A stretch of DNA of 55,215 bases from a virus (lineage: Duplodnaviria > Caudoviricetes): IMG/VR virus record IMGVR_UViG_3300020045_003176, positions 1 to 55,215 of that record. One strand, written 5' to 3'. The notes beneath the pieces were generated by a model that had not been told where the DNA came from, searched no databases, and saw only the letters and a program-made list of their open reading frames with translations. The translations under genes were made by a program, and so were the position numbers. This document shows positions 28,153 through 37,225 of this stretch, piece after piece; position 1 is the stretch's first letter; every line of letters begins with the position of its first letter.

Positions 28153-28700
28153 TATGGTATCCCGTGGAACGGATACACATAAGGGTTGGCGGAGTAGTCG
28201 GGAGCGATTACCGAGTCATGTGCATCCAACCCTGCATGTAACTTGATCCAAGCCGCCAGCTAATATGTCAAATCCAAAAGCCTGGCGACTTGAAAGAGTT
28301 ATGGGCTTTTTCTTTGCCCATTGTCCCGTGACACTGACGATACAGGACGTTGCCAACAGCTACGCACATGTTGGAACTGCGGGTAGTTGCCGCAGTCGGC
28401 CAAGCGGACGCTCCGTGAGCATACCCGGAGTGACCCGCTCCCCGGAAACGGATATACGAACCTAACGTCGAAAGGCGTTAAAGCACAGTAGCAAAAGTGG
28501 TGACGGCTTCCAGAACATCGGATATACCGGCGAGGTGGCAAACTACCTGCCTCGTTCGACGAATGGTCAGGCGACGGCATGCCCTGCCGAAAGCTCGGAG
28601 ATGAGCGGGGGTTCGGTAAAGGAGGCTGAACTGCTAAACCGTTGAGGCGTAGAACCCTCAAACCCATAGGCAGTGCGAGAGCCGGGTTAGGGTTATTGCG
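28153..28700 (+). ncRNA. candidate large structured ncRNA with c4/CI-like leader
   Basis: More than 12 hairpins, several GNRA loops, own promoter, no convincing ORF. Confidence 0.55.
28276..28315 (+). terminator. terminator/attenuator hairpin
   Basis: AAAAGCC...GGCTTTT followed by TCTTT. Confidence 0.55.
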
Positions 28701-28704
28701 CCCA

Positions 28705-28914
28705 TCATTCCCATGGCGGTTTCCCCTTTAGATCGGTCTTGACGTAATGCTTGCCAACGATAACACCTGACGAGCGCATGTTATGTGATGAATACGGCTT
28801 AGGCTTCTTGGGTGGATAGGGAGAATGCTTGACTACCGGATTCCTTGGTAACTCTTCTTGCAGCAACAAGGCGATAAGCTCCTTGTGCTTTGGAATCCGA
28901 TAGACCGTACTCAT
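28705..28914 (-). CDS. hypothetical protein
   Basis: End of the leftward operon. Confidence 0.45.
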   Translation of the reverse strand: MSTVYRIPKHKELIALLLQEELPRNPVVKHSPYPPKKPKPYSSHNMRSSGVIVGKHYVKTDLKGKPPWE

Positions 28915-28916
28915 GC

Positions 28917-29180
28917 CTACTCACGCATTGCAAGCCAAGCACTAACCTTCTCCGGCGATCCATGACAAGCCGCTGGAGCCTCGTTATAAAGGAATGCACA
29001 GAAGGCAGGAAGGTTCTCGATATTATCATCATCGGCCCGACCGCATGCCTCAGATAAGTTATTTTCGAGGACAGCCATCAAGAAGTCACCTGGTTCGATA
29101 TGTTCCTCGATGTATCGGATCAATCCGCCCATCATGAAATCACGGATAACAAAGTCACGGAATCGGTAAGTCATTTTCAT
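28917..29180 (-). CDS. conserved phage protein (PG.FL.AVL.N.L..A...AD)
   Basis: Recognisable motif; ATGA coupling. Confidence 0.7.
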   Translation of the reverse strand: MKMTYRFRDFVIRDFMMGGLIRYIEEHIEPGDFLMAVLENNLSEACGRADDDNIENLPAFCAFLYNEAPAACHGSPEKVSAWLAMRE

Positions 29181-29365
29181 TTCCCCTTTGGTGGATTCAA
29201 TCCAAATGCATGGATAAGCGCCTTCTCAACTACGCTACTTTGCGACTCATTCCCGCCTTCTCTGAGCCATCTAGCAAGCCATCGAGGTAGTTTGAGATAG
29301 ACGCCGATCCTTCTCATATCCTCATCTTTGATGCTAGGAGGTCGGCCTAAACGATGCCGGGTCAT
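29177..29365 (-). CDS. ribbon-helix-helix-like DNA-binding protein
   Basis: GRPP AT-hook, then beta strand VYLKLP and helices. Confidence 0.6.
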   Translation of the reverse strand: MTRHRLGRPPSIKDEDMRRIGVYLKLPRWLARWLREGGNESQSSVVEKALIHAFGLNPPKGK

Positions 29366-29574
29366 TGGTGTGCTACCAGATAGTTGATCCAGCCAGACCA
29401 GTATCCATAGTCGGCCAGCGTATAATCAACGACATCGACTGGAAAAAGATTATTCATGAGCGTGCGTGCTTCATTCCATGAATGGGATATTAAATAATCC
29501 TGACATGCTTGCCATCCGCGCTGCCGATTCTCGTGAATTTCTTCCTTTGCTGCGTTGAGATTTTGAATGCTCAT
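29362..29574 (-). CDS. hypothetical protein
   Basis: GAGGA SD. Confidence 0.55.
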   Translation of the reverse strand: MSIQNLNAAKEEIHENRQRGWQACQDYLISHSWNEARTLMNNLFPVDVVDYTLADYGYWSGWINYLVAHQ

Positions 29575-29733
29575 TTCGATTCCTCTTTAATCCAATCAGC
29601 AATAACCTTACCCGCTTGTTCCGCACACAAGCCAAAGTCAGCAATCAGCACGGTAACAATGATCTTGTAGTCCGTGCGTGATGCTAAGGCAGCTTCAATG
29701 TAGCGGTAAGCGGGTTTCACGGCAGCGATCCTC

Positions 29734-30015
29734 TTAATAACCATCCTGAGAGATTTCGTCGGCCATGTCGTTGAATTCGCGCATCGTTAGATAGCGAGCG
29801 TAGAAATTGCCACGATGATTACGGAAAGCCGCATAAACATCCTCGCCTTTATTATTTTTGTGATGGACTTCCCCGACCAAGAATGCGCCTCCAAGGTGTG
29901 CTGCGGGAGGTACGCAGCCTAATTGATCATCGTACATTGCTTCTGTTGTTGGAATCCAAGCATGAGGATTGTCACGCATCCATGACCATAATTGGTCCCA
30001 TTCGTAAGTATCCAT
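29734..30015 (-). CDS. DUF1419-like hypothetical protein (start MDTYE)
   Basis: TEAMY..L..VPP....GAFLVGE motif; AGGGG SD. Confidence 0.5.
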   Translation of the reverse strand: MDTYEWDQLWSWMRDNPHAWIPTTEAMYDDQLGCVPPAAHLGGAFLVGEVHHKNNKGEDVYAAFRNHRGNFYARYLTMREFNDMADEISQDGY

Positions 30016-30071
30016 TTGTTTCCCCCTAGTTAGTGCCAGCATCTGGCTGGCGTGGTAAAATTAACGCTGTT

Positions 30072-30653
30072 TCATCCCCATTGATCGGCCATTGCGTTTG
30101 CGATTCCTTGATATGTTCTACTCCGGTCTTTCCATCGATCTGGACTGGGAGGTAATTTGTTCTGTCCGCTCTTTGTTTGATTCGCTCGCCGTGTTTTATC
30201 GTTACCTTGTAAGCGATTTGTCTCGGTAAGTAGCGGCAATCGTTTCAGCCATAGACATGTTTTTTTGCTTGCATCTTCGCCGAAATGCCACGGTTGAATG
30301 ATTTGATCCGGTTTTCGTATGCGTGAAGAGATGCAACTAACGGGATTCTCAATGCCAATCTGGTCTATGTCTGAATTCATTAACATCCGAACGAAATCAA
30401 GCGCTAACTCTGTTTTATCTGATCGACCTACAATCCGACCATTCCAATGCAATCCACTGACGGACAGATAGGTACATGGTGGATGCGCTATCATTAAATC
30501 CCAGCGCGTTGCCAACATGTCCCGAATGTCGCCTCGATAATGATTACCTGGTCGCTCAGTTTCAAGCAGATCGCAACTCCATGCATCATGGCCTTTAGCA
30601 GCGAAGGCATCCCGAACGATGCCTGAATACTCGCAAGCAATCAGGACGCGCAT
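30072..30653 (-). CDS. short phage DNA cytosine methyltransferase-like protein
   Basis: VLIACEYSG, AHPPCT, ENP, QPWHFG, K.TCLW, RS.TY.GIA.AMA.QWG. Confidence 0.85.
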   Translation of the reverse strand: MRVLIACEYSGIVRDAFAAKGHDAWSCDLLETERPGNHYRGDIRDMLATRWDLMIAHPPCTYLSVSGLHWNGRIVGRSDKTELALDFVRMLMNSDIDQIGIENPVSCISSRIRKPDQIIQPWHFGEDASKKTCLWLKRLPLLTETNRLQGNDKTRRANQTKSGQNKLPPSPDRWKDRSRTYQGIANAMADQWG

Positions 30654-30900
30654 TCAATTTCTCCAATCGGATCAGCACTGACAGAAAAGAAAGGGAAACA
30701 CTGATCAACTAGAATATCCCGCGCATCGTATTCATCATCAGCAATAACGGTCGCAATTTCCTGCGCTCCTGTCCGAAGATTGATTACTGTGAATTGGTAT
30801 TCCATGTCGATTCCCCTTTGTCTGTTTGCCTACTGAGATTTCAGTATATACCACAAATAGGCCAAATAGTATGCATATGACCTATTCATGAAAATAAATA

Positions 30901-31107
30901 TTAGTCCTCGCAAACTTGATACGCTGGATCTGTCTCACGAAAGATTCGATGCAGCGCCGCACAGACACGGTTCCTGAAACGTGCCTCATGAGGGGTTGAA
31001 ATTGGAAGAGAGTGAGCTACTTCGAACATCGTGCGTCCTTCGCGCCATGCTTCCAAAGCGACTTCTTGAGCGGCGTTGAGTGTGACTTGCTGTGCGGTTA
31101 GTTTCAT
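30901..31107 (-). CDS. hypothetical protein
   Basis: GGGG SD before MKLTAQ. Confidence 0.45.
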   Translation of the reverse strand: MKLTAQQVTLNAAQEVALEAWREGRTMFEVAHSLPISTPHEARFRNRVCAALHRIFRETDPAYQVCED

Positions 31108-31198
31108 TTGTGATTCCCCCATGATTTATGATAAAATACAAAGTGATACGGCTTGTTGCTCATTAAAAATATACTACTTTTTTTGCTCTGTGTGCGAG

Positions 31199-31396
31199 CT
31201 ATGAAAAGAAATTTTCAGGTAGCCAGGTAACATGCTGAATTGTGTGCTTATCGCGCATAATTCCCGATGCCCAGCAAGCATTCGAGAATCCCCAATCAGG
31301 ATGGTAAAAGACAGTCTGCGGTAGGCCGATCCTGTTCGCTTCGTCCATGGCTGGTCTGTGTGCTTCGACTAGGACTCTGGCTGTATTCTGTTTCAT
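31199..31396 (-). CDS. hypothetical protein
   Basis: AGGAG SD. Confidence 0.55.
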   Translation of the reverse strand: MKQNTARVLVEAHRPAMDEANRIGLPQTVFYHPDWGFSNACWASGIMRDKHTIQHVTWLPENFFS

Positions 31397-31439
31397 GGAA
31401 ACTCTCCTGTAAAATAAATGTTCTGCTCATTGGAGCGAA

Positions 31440-31482
31440 CGGTCATGCGTAGCAAAAATCCCCCTTGAGCTACGCATGACCG
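31440..31482. other. 14-bp perfect hairpin (terminator or RNA processing site)
   Basis: CGGTCATGCGTAGC...GCTACGCATGACCG just past the DUF932 stop. Confidence 0.55.
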
Positions 31483-31489
31483 CTGTTTG

Positions 31490-32296
31490 TTAGGCCATCA
31501 GCTTGCGCATTTCCTCTGCGAGCGTCCAGAGGCCACGATTAATCGCCGTGTTCTGATCTATCCCGCTGATAGATTTTGTGGATACGTTCCGACGTTGGCC
31601 GAGTTCATTGACTTTGCGACCATGCAAACCGCCTTTAATGGCGTTTTCCTGAACGACGTTAAACACCGAGAACAGATCAGGTTTAGTATCTTCCTGGCGA
31701 CGCGGACGAAGCAATTGCGAGGCATCAAAGCCGGAATCTTCGGGAGATTCAAATCGGATAGCAAGAGCTGCCTTAGCAAAGGCATTAGCATGGTCACGGT
31801 TAAGCGTGAGTGACTTCATGCCACTGATAGACTCGGCCACGCGATCAAAGTCATTAACGATGCTGTACGCGCCTTCTATGACCTTATTCACGGCATCGCC
31901 CGAGTGACGTACGCGAATCTCGTTGTCTGTCTCGCCGCAGATCAGACCATTCGAGCAAACAAACCGATACACGCCAGCCATGATTTTGAACCCTGACGAA
32001 CCATCGTGAGAGTTGATCAAAATAACTTCCCGCGCCTCGGTAGAATCCATCTGATCGGCACGGCGGAAGCGCAAAAGATGCTTGTTAAATCCGGCTTTGC
32101 CTACGGTGCGAGTCCGAGAAGTAAAGGCCTGGACAGGCATAAAACCTTCTGAACGCATGCCATTGACGACATCAAGCGTGGGAATGTAGGTGTAACGCTC
32201 AGAGCGAGATTCGTGGGCCGATTCAGCGAAAATTGCCGGGGCCATACGCACCAATTCATCGGTCGAGAGTGCGGTAGCGGATTGTTGTTTGTACAT
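31490..32296 (-). CDS. DUF932/DUF945 family protein
   Basis: HESRSERY.YIPT, KHLLR.R, NSHDGSS, RFVCSNGL, N.GLW.LAE. Confidence 0.9.
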   Translation of the reverse strand: MYKQQSATALSTDELVRMAPAIFAESAHESRSERYTYIPTLDVVNGMRSEGFMPVQAFTSRTRTVGKAGFNKHLLRFRRADQMDSTEAREVILINSHDGSSGFKIMAGVYRFVCSNGLICGETDNEIRVRHSGDAVNKVIEGAYSIVNDFDRVAESISGMKSLTLNRDHANAFAKAALAIRFESPEDSGFDASQLLRPRRQEDTKPDLFSVFNVVQENAIKGGLHGRKVNELGQRRNVSTKSISGIDQNTAINRGLWTLAEEMRKLMA

Positions 32297-32455
32297 GATG
32301 TATCTCCTTGATTAAAAACAGCTTGGCAAAATTGCCGGTTAGAACAAACTAATTTCGATTAACGAGTGGAAACAAGCATTTGCAGAGATCATGCCTGACT
32401 GATAAGCCGCTCGGATAAGCCGGCTCAGTTCGGTGCGTCGGTCAAGGCTCATGAT

Positions 32456-32632
32456 TTACTCAACAACCCAGAACGTCGGGCCACTGACGGCGATTGATGA
32501 GCCATCGGAGAATGTGTATGTAGTCGTCTCAGTCGCCCAGTCGTTATCTACTTCGGCCTCTTTTGAATGAGCCAGCGTATCAAGCGCTACCGCATCATTG
32601 GCTGAGTTATAAACTTGTTCTGCTGTTGTCAT
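32456..32632 (-). CDS. hypothetical protein (start MTTAEQ)
   Basis: AAGGAG SD; YTFSDGS motif. Confidence 0.6.
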   Translation of the reverse strand: MTTAEQVYNSANDAVALDTLAHSKEAEVDNDWATETTTYTFSDGSSIAVSGPTFWVVE

Positions 32633-32672
32633 TTTGATTCTCCTTGTCTGTGTTTCGTTATCCAATGATTAG

Positions 32673-32700
32673 AGTATATACGTTAAATAGAGTAATGCAA
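32673..32700 (-). promoter_or_regulatory. leftward early promoter
   Basis: Minus strand TTGCAT-N16-TATACT. Confidence 0.55.
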
Positions 32701-32899
32701 TAGATCAGAGTAAATAAATCAATCCAGCCGACGAACGGTAGGTAGTAACTTATAAACTACTGAATTGATTGAACTAAATATAAGGAAAACGAAAAGCCAT
32801 TTGTTGCATCGCACAATGAACGAATAGCACACAGCAAAGAATTTATCCTGTAGAATCAACACATAAACTGCCAAACAGGCGGTATCGTGAATAGATCAG

Positions 32900-33373
32900 A
32901 TGAGAGCGCAAGCCATAGAATCTCTCAAGGACATAGATAGCTCGCTGATGGAGCTACAGATTGCCTCCCCACAAAGAGGGTCAATCGTCCTATCTAACGC
33001 CGAAAACATCATCCGCCAAGTCGCTGACGGCCTAATGCTCAAAGACATAGGCGCTCAGTACGGCATTAAACCCGCAACTATCTCAGATCAACTCAGCAAA
33101 TACCCCGTCTATCAAAGAGCCAGAATGATTGGCGCTGAAATGAGACTAGAGAAGAACTACGGGGAAATAGAGAGCGCAGAAGATGCTTTAGACGTAACTC
33201 GCGCACGCGAATCCTTTCGAGCTGCATCCTGGCTTGCTGAACGGGAATTCCCTGAGCGCTGGGGTAACAAAGCATCGCAAACTGTTGTTAATGTTCAACA
33301 AAACAACGTCCAAGTAGCTCCAGATGACCGTGATGCTCGCATAGCTGAGCTACTAGCGCGAGCCGGTAAGTAG
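32900..33373 (+). CDS. terS: terminase small subunit
   Basis: N-terminal HTH, Y.RAR, W.AER..P.RWG motif; upstream of TerL. Confidence 0.75.
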   Translation: MRAQAIESLKDIDSSLMELQIASPQRGSIVLSNAENIIRQVADGLMLKDIGAQYGIKPATISDQLSKYPVYQRARMIGAEMRLEKNYGEIESAEDALDVTRARESFRAASWLAEREFPERWGNKASQTVVNVQQNNVQVAPDDRDARIAELLARAGK

Positions 33374-33374
33374 C

Positions 33375-33398
33375 CTATCCGGTAACATTACCGAATAG
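33375..33398. promoter_or_regulatory. palindrome copy 2 (core CGGTAA-CA-TTACCG)
   Basis: CTATCCGGTAACATTACCGAATAG directly after the terS stop. Confidence 0.7.
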
Positions 33399-33425
33399 CG
33401 GAATGGTCAATTAGATCAATCATTT

Positions 33426-33956
33426 ATGGCAAATCCACCAGTCTGCAAAATATGCAAGACGGCTCATTGGTCCGGTCAGGGTCATTCGTGCGACGATAAA
33501 CCGAAGAAATCCGTTGATAAACAAGAGGATAGGGATAAGGCAGCGATCATAGACGACCTGCGCGTGAAGACGGCTGCGATCACTGGCAAAGCCGCTCCAT
33601 TGGTCACGCACTGCGTCAATTGTGCGACCAAAGACGGTGAGATTAAGCGCCAGACTGCTGATTTACTGGCCGCTAGTGCGCTCATTATCGAGCTGAGAGC
33701 GGAGATTGACGAGCTAACACGTGCTAACACTCTGCTAACAACTGCTAACACTCTGCTAACAGGGCGTGCTAACAACCTGCTAACAGCTAACACGCCTGCT
33801 AACACAATCAATCCTGTTAGCACTCAGCCTGCTAACACAACTGCTAACGTGCTAACAGATGCTAACAGCGCTGCTAACAAGCTAACAGACCGTAAAGAGT
33901 ACATGCGCGAGCTAATGAGGGCCAAGCGAGCGGCAAAGAAGGCGAGCAATGGATAG
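33426..33956 (+). CDS. Zn-finger/coiled-coil protein with basic C-terminal helix, containing a DNA repeat array
   Basis: CKIC..HW...H.C, CVNC, coiled coil, RKEYMRELMRAKR. Confidence 0.65.
   Translation: MANPPVCKICKTAHWSGQGHSCDDKPKKSVDKQEDRDKAAIIDDLRVKTAAITGKAAPLVTHCVNCATKDGEIKRQTADLLAASALIIELRAEIDELTRANTLLTTANTLLTGRANNLLTANTPANTINPVSTQPANTTANVLTDANSAANKLTDRKEYMRELMRAKRAAKKASNG
33713..33887. repeat. array of 16 GCTAAC motifs (15 direct, 1 inverted)
   Basis: Starts at 33713, 723, 734, 744, 755, 768, 779, 786, 798, 816 (inverted), 831, 843, 851, 861, 873, 881. Confidence 0.95.
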
Positions 33957-34203
33957 TTGGGATACGCTGATCGAGGCGTTCGAGGCAATCCCCCGAGTCG
34001 GCAAAGCGCCGCGCACAGGGAATCACGCCGACTATCTCAAGTGGCAATCTGAGTGTGACCGGCGAGATGTAATGATGCAAGATTGGATAGCTAGAGTGGA
34101 TGCGCTCCAGTCCGCTCAATCACATGGTGAGTATCAGACTCGGCAAGCCAAGCATTCATTTCTGGCCGACTCATCTCCACCGAACGGCTCAGAATTCAAC
34201 TGA
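33949..34203 (+). CDS. hypothetical protein
   Basis: Overlaps the upstream stop. Confidence 0.45.
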   Translation: MDSWDTLIEAFEAIPRVGKAPRTGNHADYLKWQSECDRRDVMMQDWIARVDALQSAQSHGEYQTRQAKHSFLADSSPPNGSEFN

Positions 34204-34243
34204 GCGTGCAACTGAGTTGCATTTAGGATGCTGATCCTGACAA

Positions 34244-35821
34244 ATGCTAACTGACGCTGAGATACTAGAGCTAGAGTCGCTGCTAGACCTACGCGACAAG
34301 GATCGGGCGGAACAGAGCCTATACGCATTCGCGCAACAAGCATGGCCGATCATTGAGCCGGGTACGGAGTTCGTACCTGGATGGCACCTGGAGCAGATCT
34401 GTCTGCACTTGGAAGCTGTATCTAATGGTGAGATTCGCAATCTCCTAATCAATATCCCGCCACGGCATTGCAAGAGCCTACTGGTATCAGTCCTATGGGT
34501 AGCATGGACCTGGATCAAACATCCATCACATCGATGGCTCTGCGCCTCCTACGCTGGCAGTCTGTCAGTCCGTGACTCTATTAAGTGTCGGCGACTGATA
34601 CAAAGCGACTGGTATCAAAAGCGCTGGCCGCTCGTCCTGACCGGCGACCAGAACGCCAAGACGTTTTTCGAGAGTGAGAAGGCCGGATACAGGATGGCAA
34701 CATCGGTAGGTGCTTCGACTACTGGTCATGGTGGCGACACAATCCTGATTGACGATCCAATTAACGCCCTGGACGCCTCATCCGATGCGGTCCTAGACTC
34801 AACCCTGGAGTGGTACGATCAAGCCATGAGCACGCGGCTCAATAATCCGCAGTCCGGCTCACGAGTCATCATCATGCAACGGCTCCATGAGCGTGATCTA
34901 TCTGGACACGTGCTGAAGCAAGGCGGATGGGAGCATCTTTGTCTGCCTGCCGAGTACGATGGTATCAAGCGTAAGACGGTCCTCGGACATTACGATCAGC
35001 GTAAGAAGGTAGGCGAGCTGCTCTGGCCTGGTCAGTACGGACGCGAGGAAATCGAGGATTTGAAGGTACGGCTAGGCCAGTACGGAACAGCCGGGCAGCT
35101 TCAGCAGATGCCTTCCCCTGCAGGTGGTGGAATCATCGATACGACCAAGTTCAAGCTATGGCCGAATGACCGCACCCTACCGCCGATGCTGTTTATCGTA
35201 CAGTCGATGGACACGGCTTTCACGGAAAAGACGGAAGGCGATCCGACTGGATGCTTGGTCCTTGGCATCTTTGAGTGGCAGAAGAAGCGCCGATGTATCT
35301 TATTGGATGCCTGGACCGAGCATCTAACGTACCCAAAGCTCCGGCAAAGGGTGATAGACGACTGGCACGCAAGATACAATTCAGACGCAACCTATGGCAA
35401 GGCAGGCAAGGCGGACATTTGCCTGATCGAGAACAAGGGGTCAGGCATGGCCCTGGTAAATGATCTTGGCTCAACTGGAGTCAGGGTAGCGAGCTACGAT
35501 CTACCAAGGGGTCAGAGGTCCGAACTGTCCAAGGTGGCCCGGGTGCATATCGTCACACCAATAATTGATGCTGGCCTATTCTACGTGCTGGAGTCGAAGG
35601 CTAGACCTGGACAGCCTGTCACATGGGCAGATGGGTTTATCAATCAGTGTAAGTCATTCCCTAAGGCAGAGCACGACGAATACCCCGATTGCCTCAGCAT
35701 GGGTCTGTATTACTTGGATGGATCAGGATGGTTTGACCTTCCAGTAGCCAGGGAGGATGACCTACCGGAACTAGACTATGATCGGGCTAGGAAGATGGCG
35801 GAGAATCCTTATGCGAGCTAA
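34244..35821 (+). CDS. terL: terminase large subunit
   Basis: IPPRHCKS Walker A, LIDDP Walker B, MQRLH, C-terminal DTAF...HDE.PD nuclease motifs. Confidence 0.95.
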   Translation: MLTDAEILELESLLDLRDKDRAEQSLYAFAQQAWPIIEPGTEFVPGWHLEQICLHLEAVSNGEIRNLLINIPPRHCKSLLVSVLWVAWTWIKHPSHRWLCASYAGSLSVRDSIKCRRLIQSDWYQKRWPLVLTGDQNAKTFFESEKAGYRMATSVGASTTGHGGDTILIDDPINALDASSDAVLDSTLEWYDQAMSTRLNNPQSGSRVIIMQRLHERDLSGHVLKQGGWEHLCLPAEYDGIKRKTVLGHYDQRKKVGELLWPGQYGREEIEDLKVRLGQYGTAGQLQQMPSPAGGGIIDTTKFKLWPNDRTLPPMLFIVQSMDTAFTEKTEGDPTGCLVLGIFEWQKKRRCILLDAWTEHLTYPKLRQRVIDDWHARYNSDATYGKAGKADICLIENKGSGMALVNDLGSTGVRVASYDLPRGQRSELSKVARVHIVTPIIDAGLFYVLESKARPGQPVTWADGFINQCKSFPKAEHDEYPDCLSMGLYYLDGSGWFDLPVAREDDLPELDYDRARKMAENPYAS

Positions 35822-36123
35822 CCCCACTGATCGGCCATCGATTGGGCAATGCCTTGGTAGGTTCGGCTCCTGTCTTTCCATCGTGTAGGACTAGGCGTTA
35901 ATTTGTTCTGTCCGCTGTTGCACTGATTCCCCCACCGTTCCCGTGCAACTCTCGCGCCGTTGCAGTTCGGGCAACCATACTTAATCACTACTCGCACATC
36001 GCCCTGATAGTGTTGTCCTGGTAAGTCGCTTTTCAATATGTCGCAACTCCATGCGTCATGCCCTTTCGCGGCAGAGGCATCCCGTACTCTTCCACTGTAT
36101 TCGCAGGCAACAAGCACCCTCAT
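35818..36123 (-). pseudogene. internally deleted paralog of the cytosine MTase-like gene
   Basis: N- and C-termini match 30072-30653; HPPC and ENP core missing. Confidence 0.75.
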
Positions 36124-36338
36124 GACCAATTAATCCTAACCCGCACCGCATCAGGCGTGAATACCTCGCTACCACGGATAATGGTTGGCCTCGCCTTCTG
36201 GTCACAATTACAAAATGAGGGGTTCCCGAAGTATGAATTAGCTGGACAGTCTCCCCAATGGGTATTGCCTGGAGCTAGGCCAAGGATAGTCCGCATTCGG
36301 GTATTGAGTCTTTCGGCGATGGTGTCTTCGTCGATCAT
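36120..36338 (-). CDS. hypothetical protein
   Basis: ATGA coupling. Confidence 0.45.
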   Translation of the reverse strand: MIDEDTIAERLNTRMRTILGLAPGNTHWGDCPANSYFGNPSFCNCDQKARPTIIRGSEVFTPDAVRVRINWS

Positions 36339-36580
36339 ATAGGCAGTCTCCCAGTATTAAGCCAATGTTCCATGCTCATGATGAGGCCTTGCACCTGTTC
36401 TCGGTCCAGGTGATGATCCTGTCCGACCCATAGATAACTGCTTCCCGGCTTATCCATTGAATCTTCGTAGTCACCAATGGCCGATGATTCCTGAATCAAT
36501 CGAGTGAATTCGCCTGGTTCATTTTGATACTTCTCTTCTTCTATTACGATGAATCCACGGTCAGTCTTTATGGCGCGCAT
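36335..36580 (-). CDS. conserved phage protein (T.RGF...QESS....WVG...HL.REQV..L)
   Basis: Recognisable motif. Confidence 0.65.
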   Translation of the reverse strand: MRAIKTDRGFIVIEEEKYQNEPGEFTRLIQESSAIGDYEDSMDKPGSSYLWVGQDHHLDREQVQGLIMSMEHWLNTGRLPI

Positions 36581-36583
36581 GAT

Positions 36584-36793
36584 TCACCCCTCTGAAAATA
36601 GCAGTGTCAGACTGCATATGGTCAATGGGTCACTCGGAAGCATTCCTAAATTCGTATCGTTGAGGATGAATTTCTTCAACTCTAGGTAATCCTCCATCGA
36701 CAGGATTGGATTCTTTAGTGTGGCGATACCGTCGAGATTGGCGACTTCTCCGATTCTCCTTTGTTGTATGGCGTGGTAGTGGTAGATGTACAT
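36584..36793 (-). CDS. hypothetical protein
   Basis: TAATG coupling. Confidence 0.55.
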   Translation of the reverse strand: MYIYHYHAIQQRRIGEVANLDGIATLKNPILSMEDYLELKKFILNDTNLGMLPSDPLTICSLTLLFSEG

Positions 36794-37011
36794 TATCCAT
36801 TCATCGCCTTAAACTGTTTCAGTGAAATAGGAATAGCGAACAGTAGAGCGTACTCTGATTGCTCGTCTAGTAATTGATTACAAGCGAGTGACTCGGCAGG
36901 ATGTTTGTCAGTGGCATAGCTATAGACAGTCTCGACGATGTATCCGCCAGACGCTACTCGCTCTTTCCTGATAGTGACTAGCCAGTATTGTTTAGCAGAC
37001 ATATCATCCAA
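36793..37011 (-). CDS. hypothetical protein
   Basis: Operon packing. Confidence 0.5.
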   Translation of the reverse strand: MDDMSAKQYWLVTIRKERVASGGYIVETVYSYATDKHPAESLACNQLLDEQSEYALLFAIPISLKQFKAMNG

Positions 37012-37225
37012 TCGCCATCATCATTGGGCCATCGTAGTTGTCAGTCACCAAGAATGTATGATGGCCTTCGCACGGAATGATCGGCACGCCGCACAGGACA
37101 TTGCCTGATCCCCTACGATACTCTGGGAACGCGTCAACCATATCTTGGTAGCACATGAATACCGCTAATGGTCTTGGTGACATCTGCCTCGTTATAGCGC
37201 CAACTAGCTTACCTTCAGTCATCAT
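37004..37225 (-). CDS. hypothetical protein
   Basis: ATGA coupling. Confidence 0.5.
   Translation of the reverse strand: MMTEGKLVGAITRQMSPRPLAVFMCYQDMVDAFPEYRRGSGNVLCGVPIIPCEGHHTFLVTDNYDGPMMMAIG

Noticed and set aside
28684-28695. GGGTTAGGGTTA telomere-like repeat
   Set aside because: Only two units, explained as the 3' arm of a stem with AACCC..AACCC at 28653-65
21123-28700. tRNA genes in the two noncoding gaps
   Set aside because: No T-arm GTTCRA in a cloverleaf with an acceptor stem found by eye
33713-33887. GCTAAC array as a CRISPR or guide-RNA array
   Set aside because: 6-7 bp units with short irregular gaps; no spacer-length uniques and no Cas or Nop-domain gene recognised
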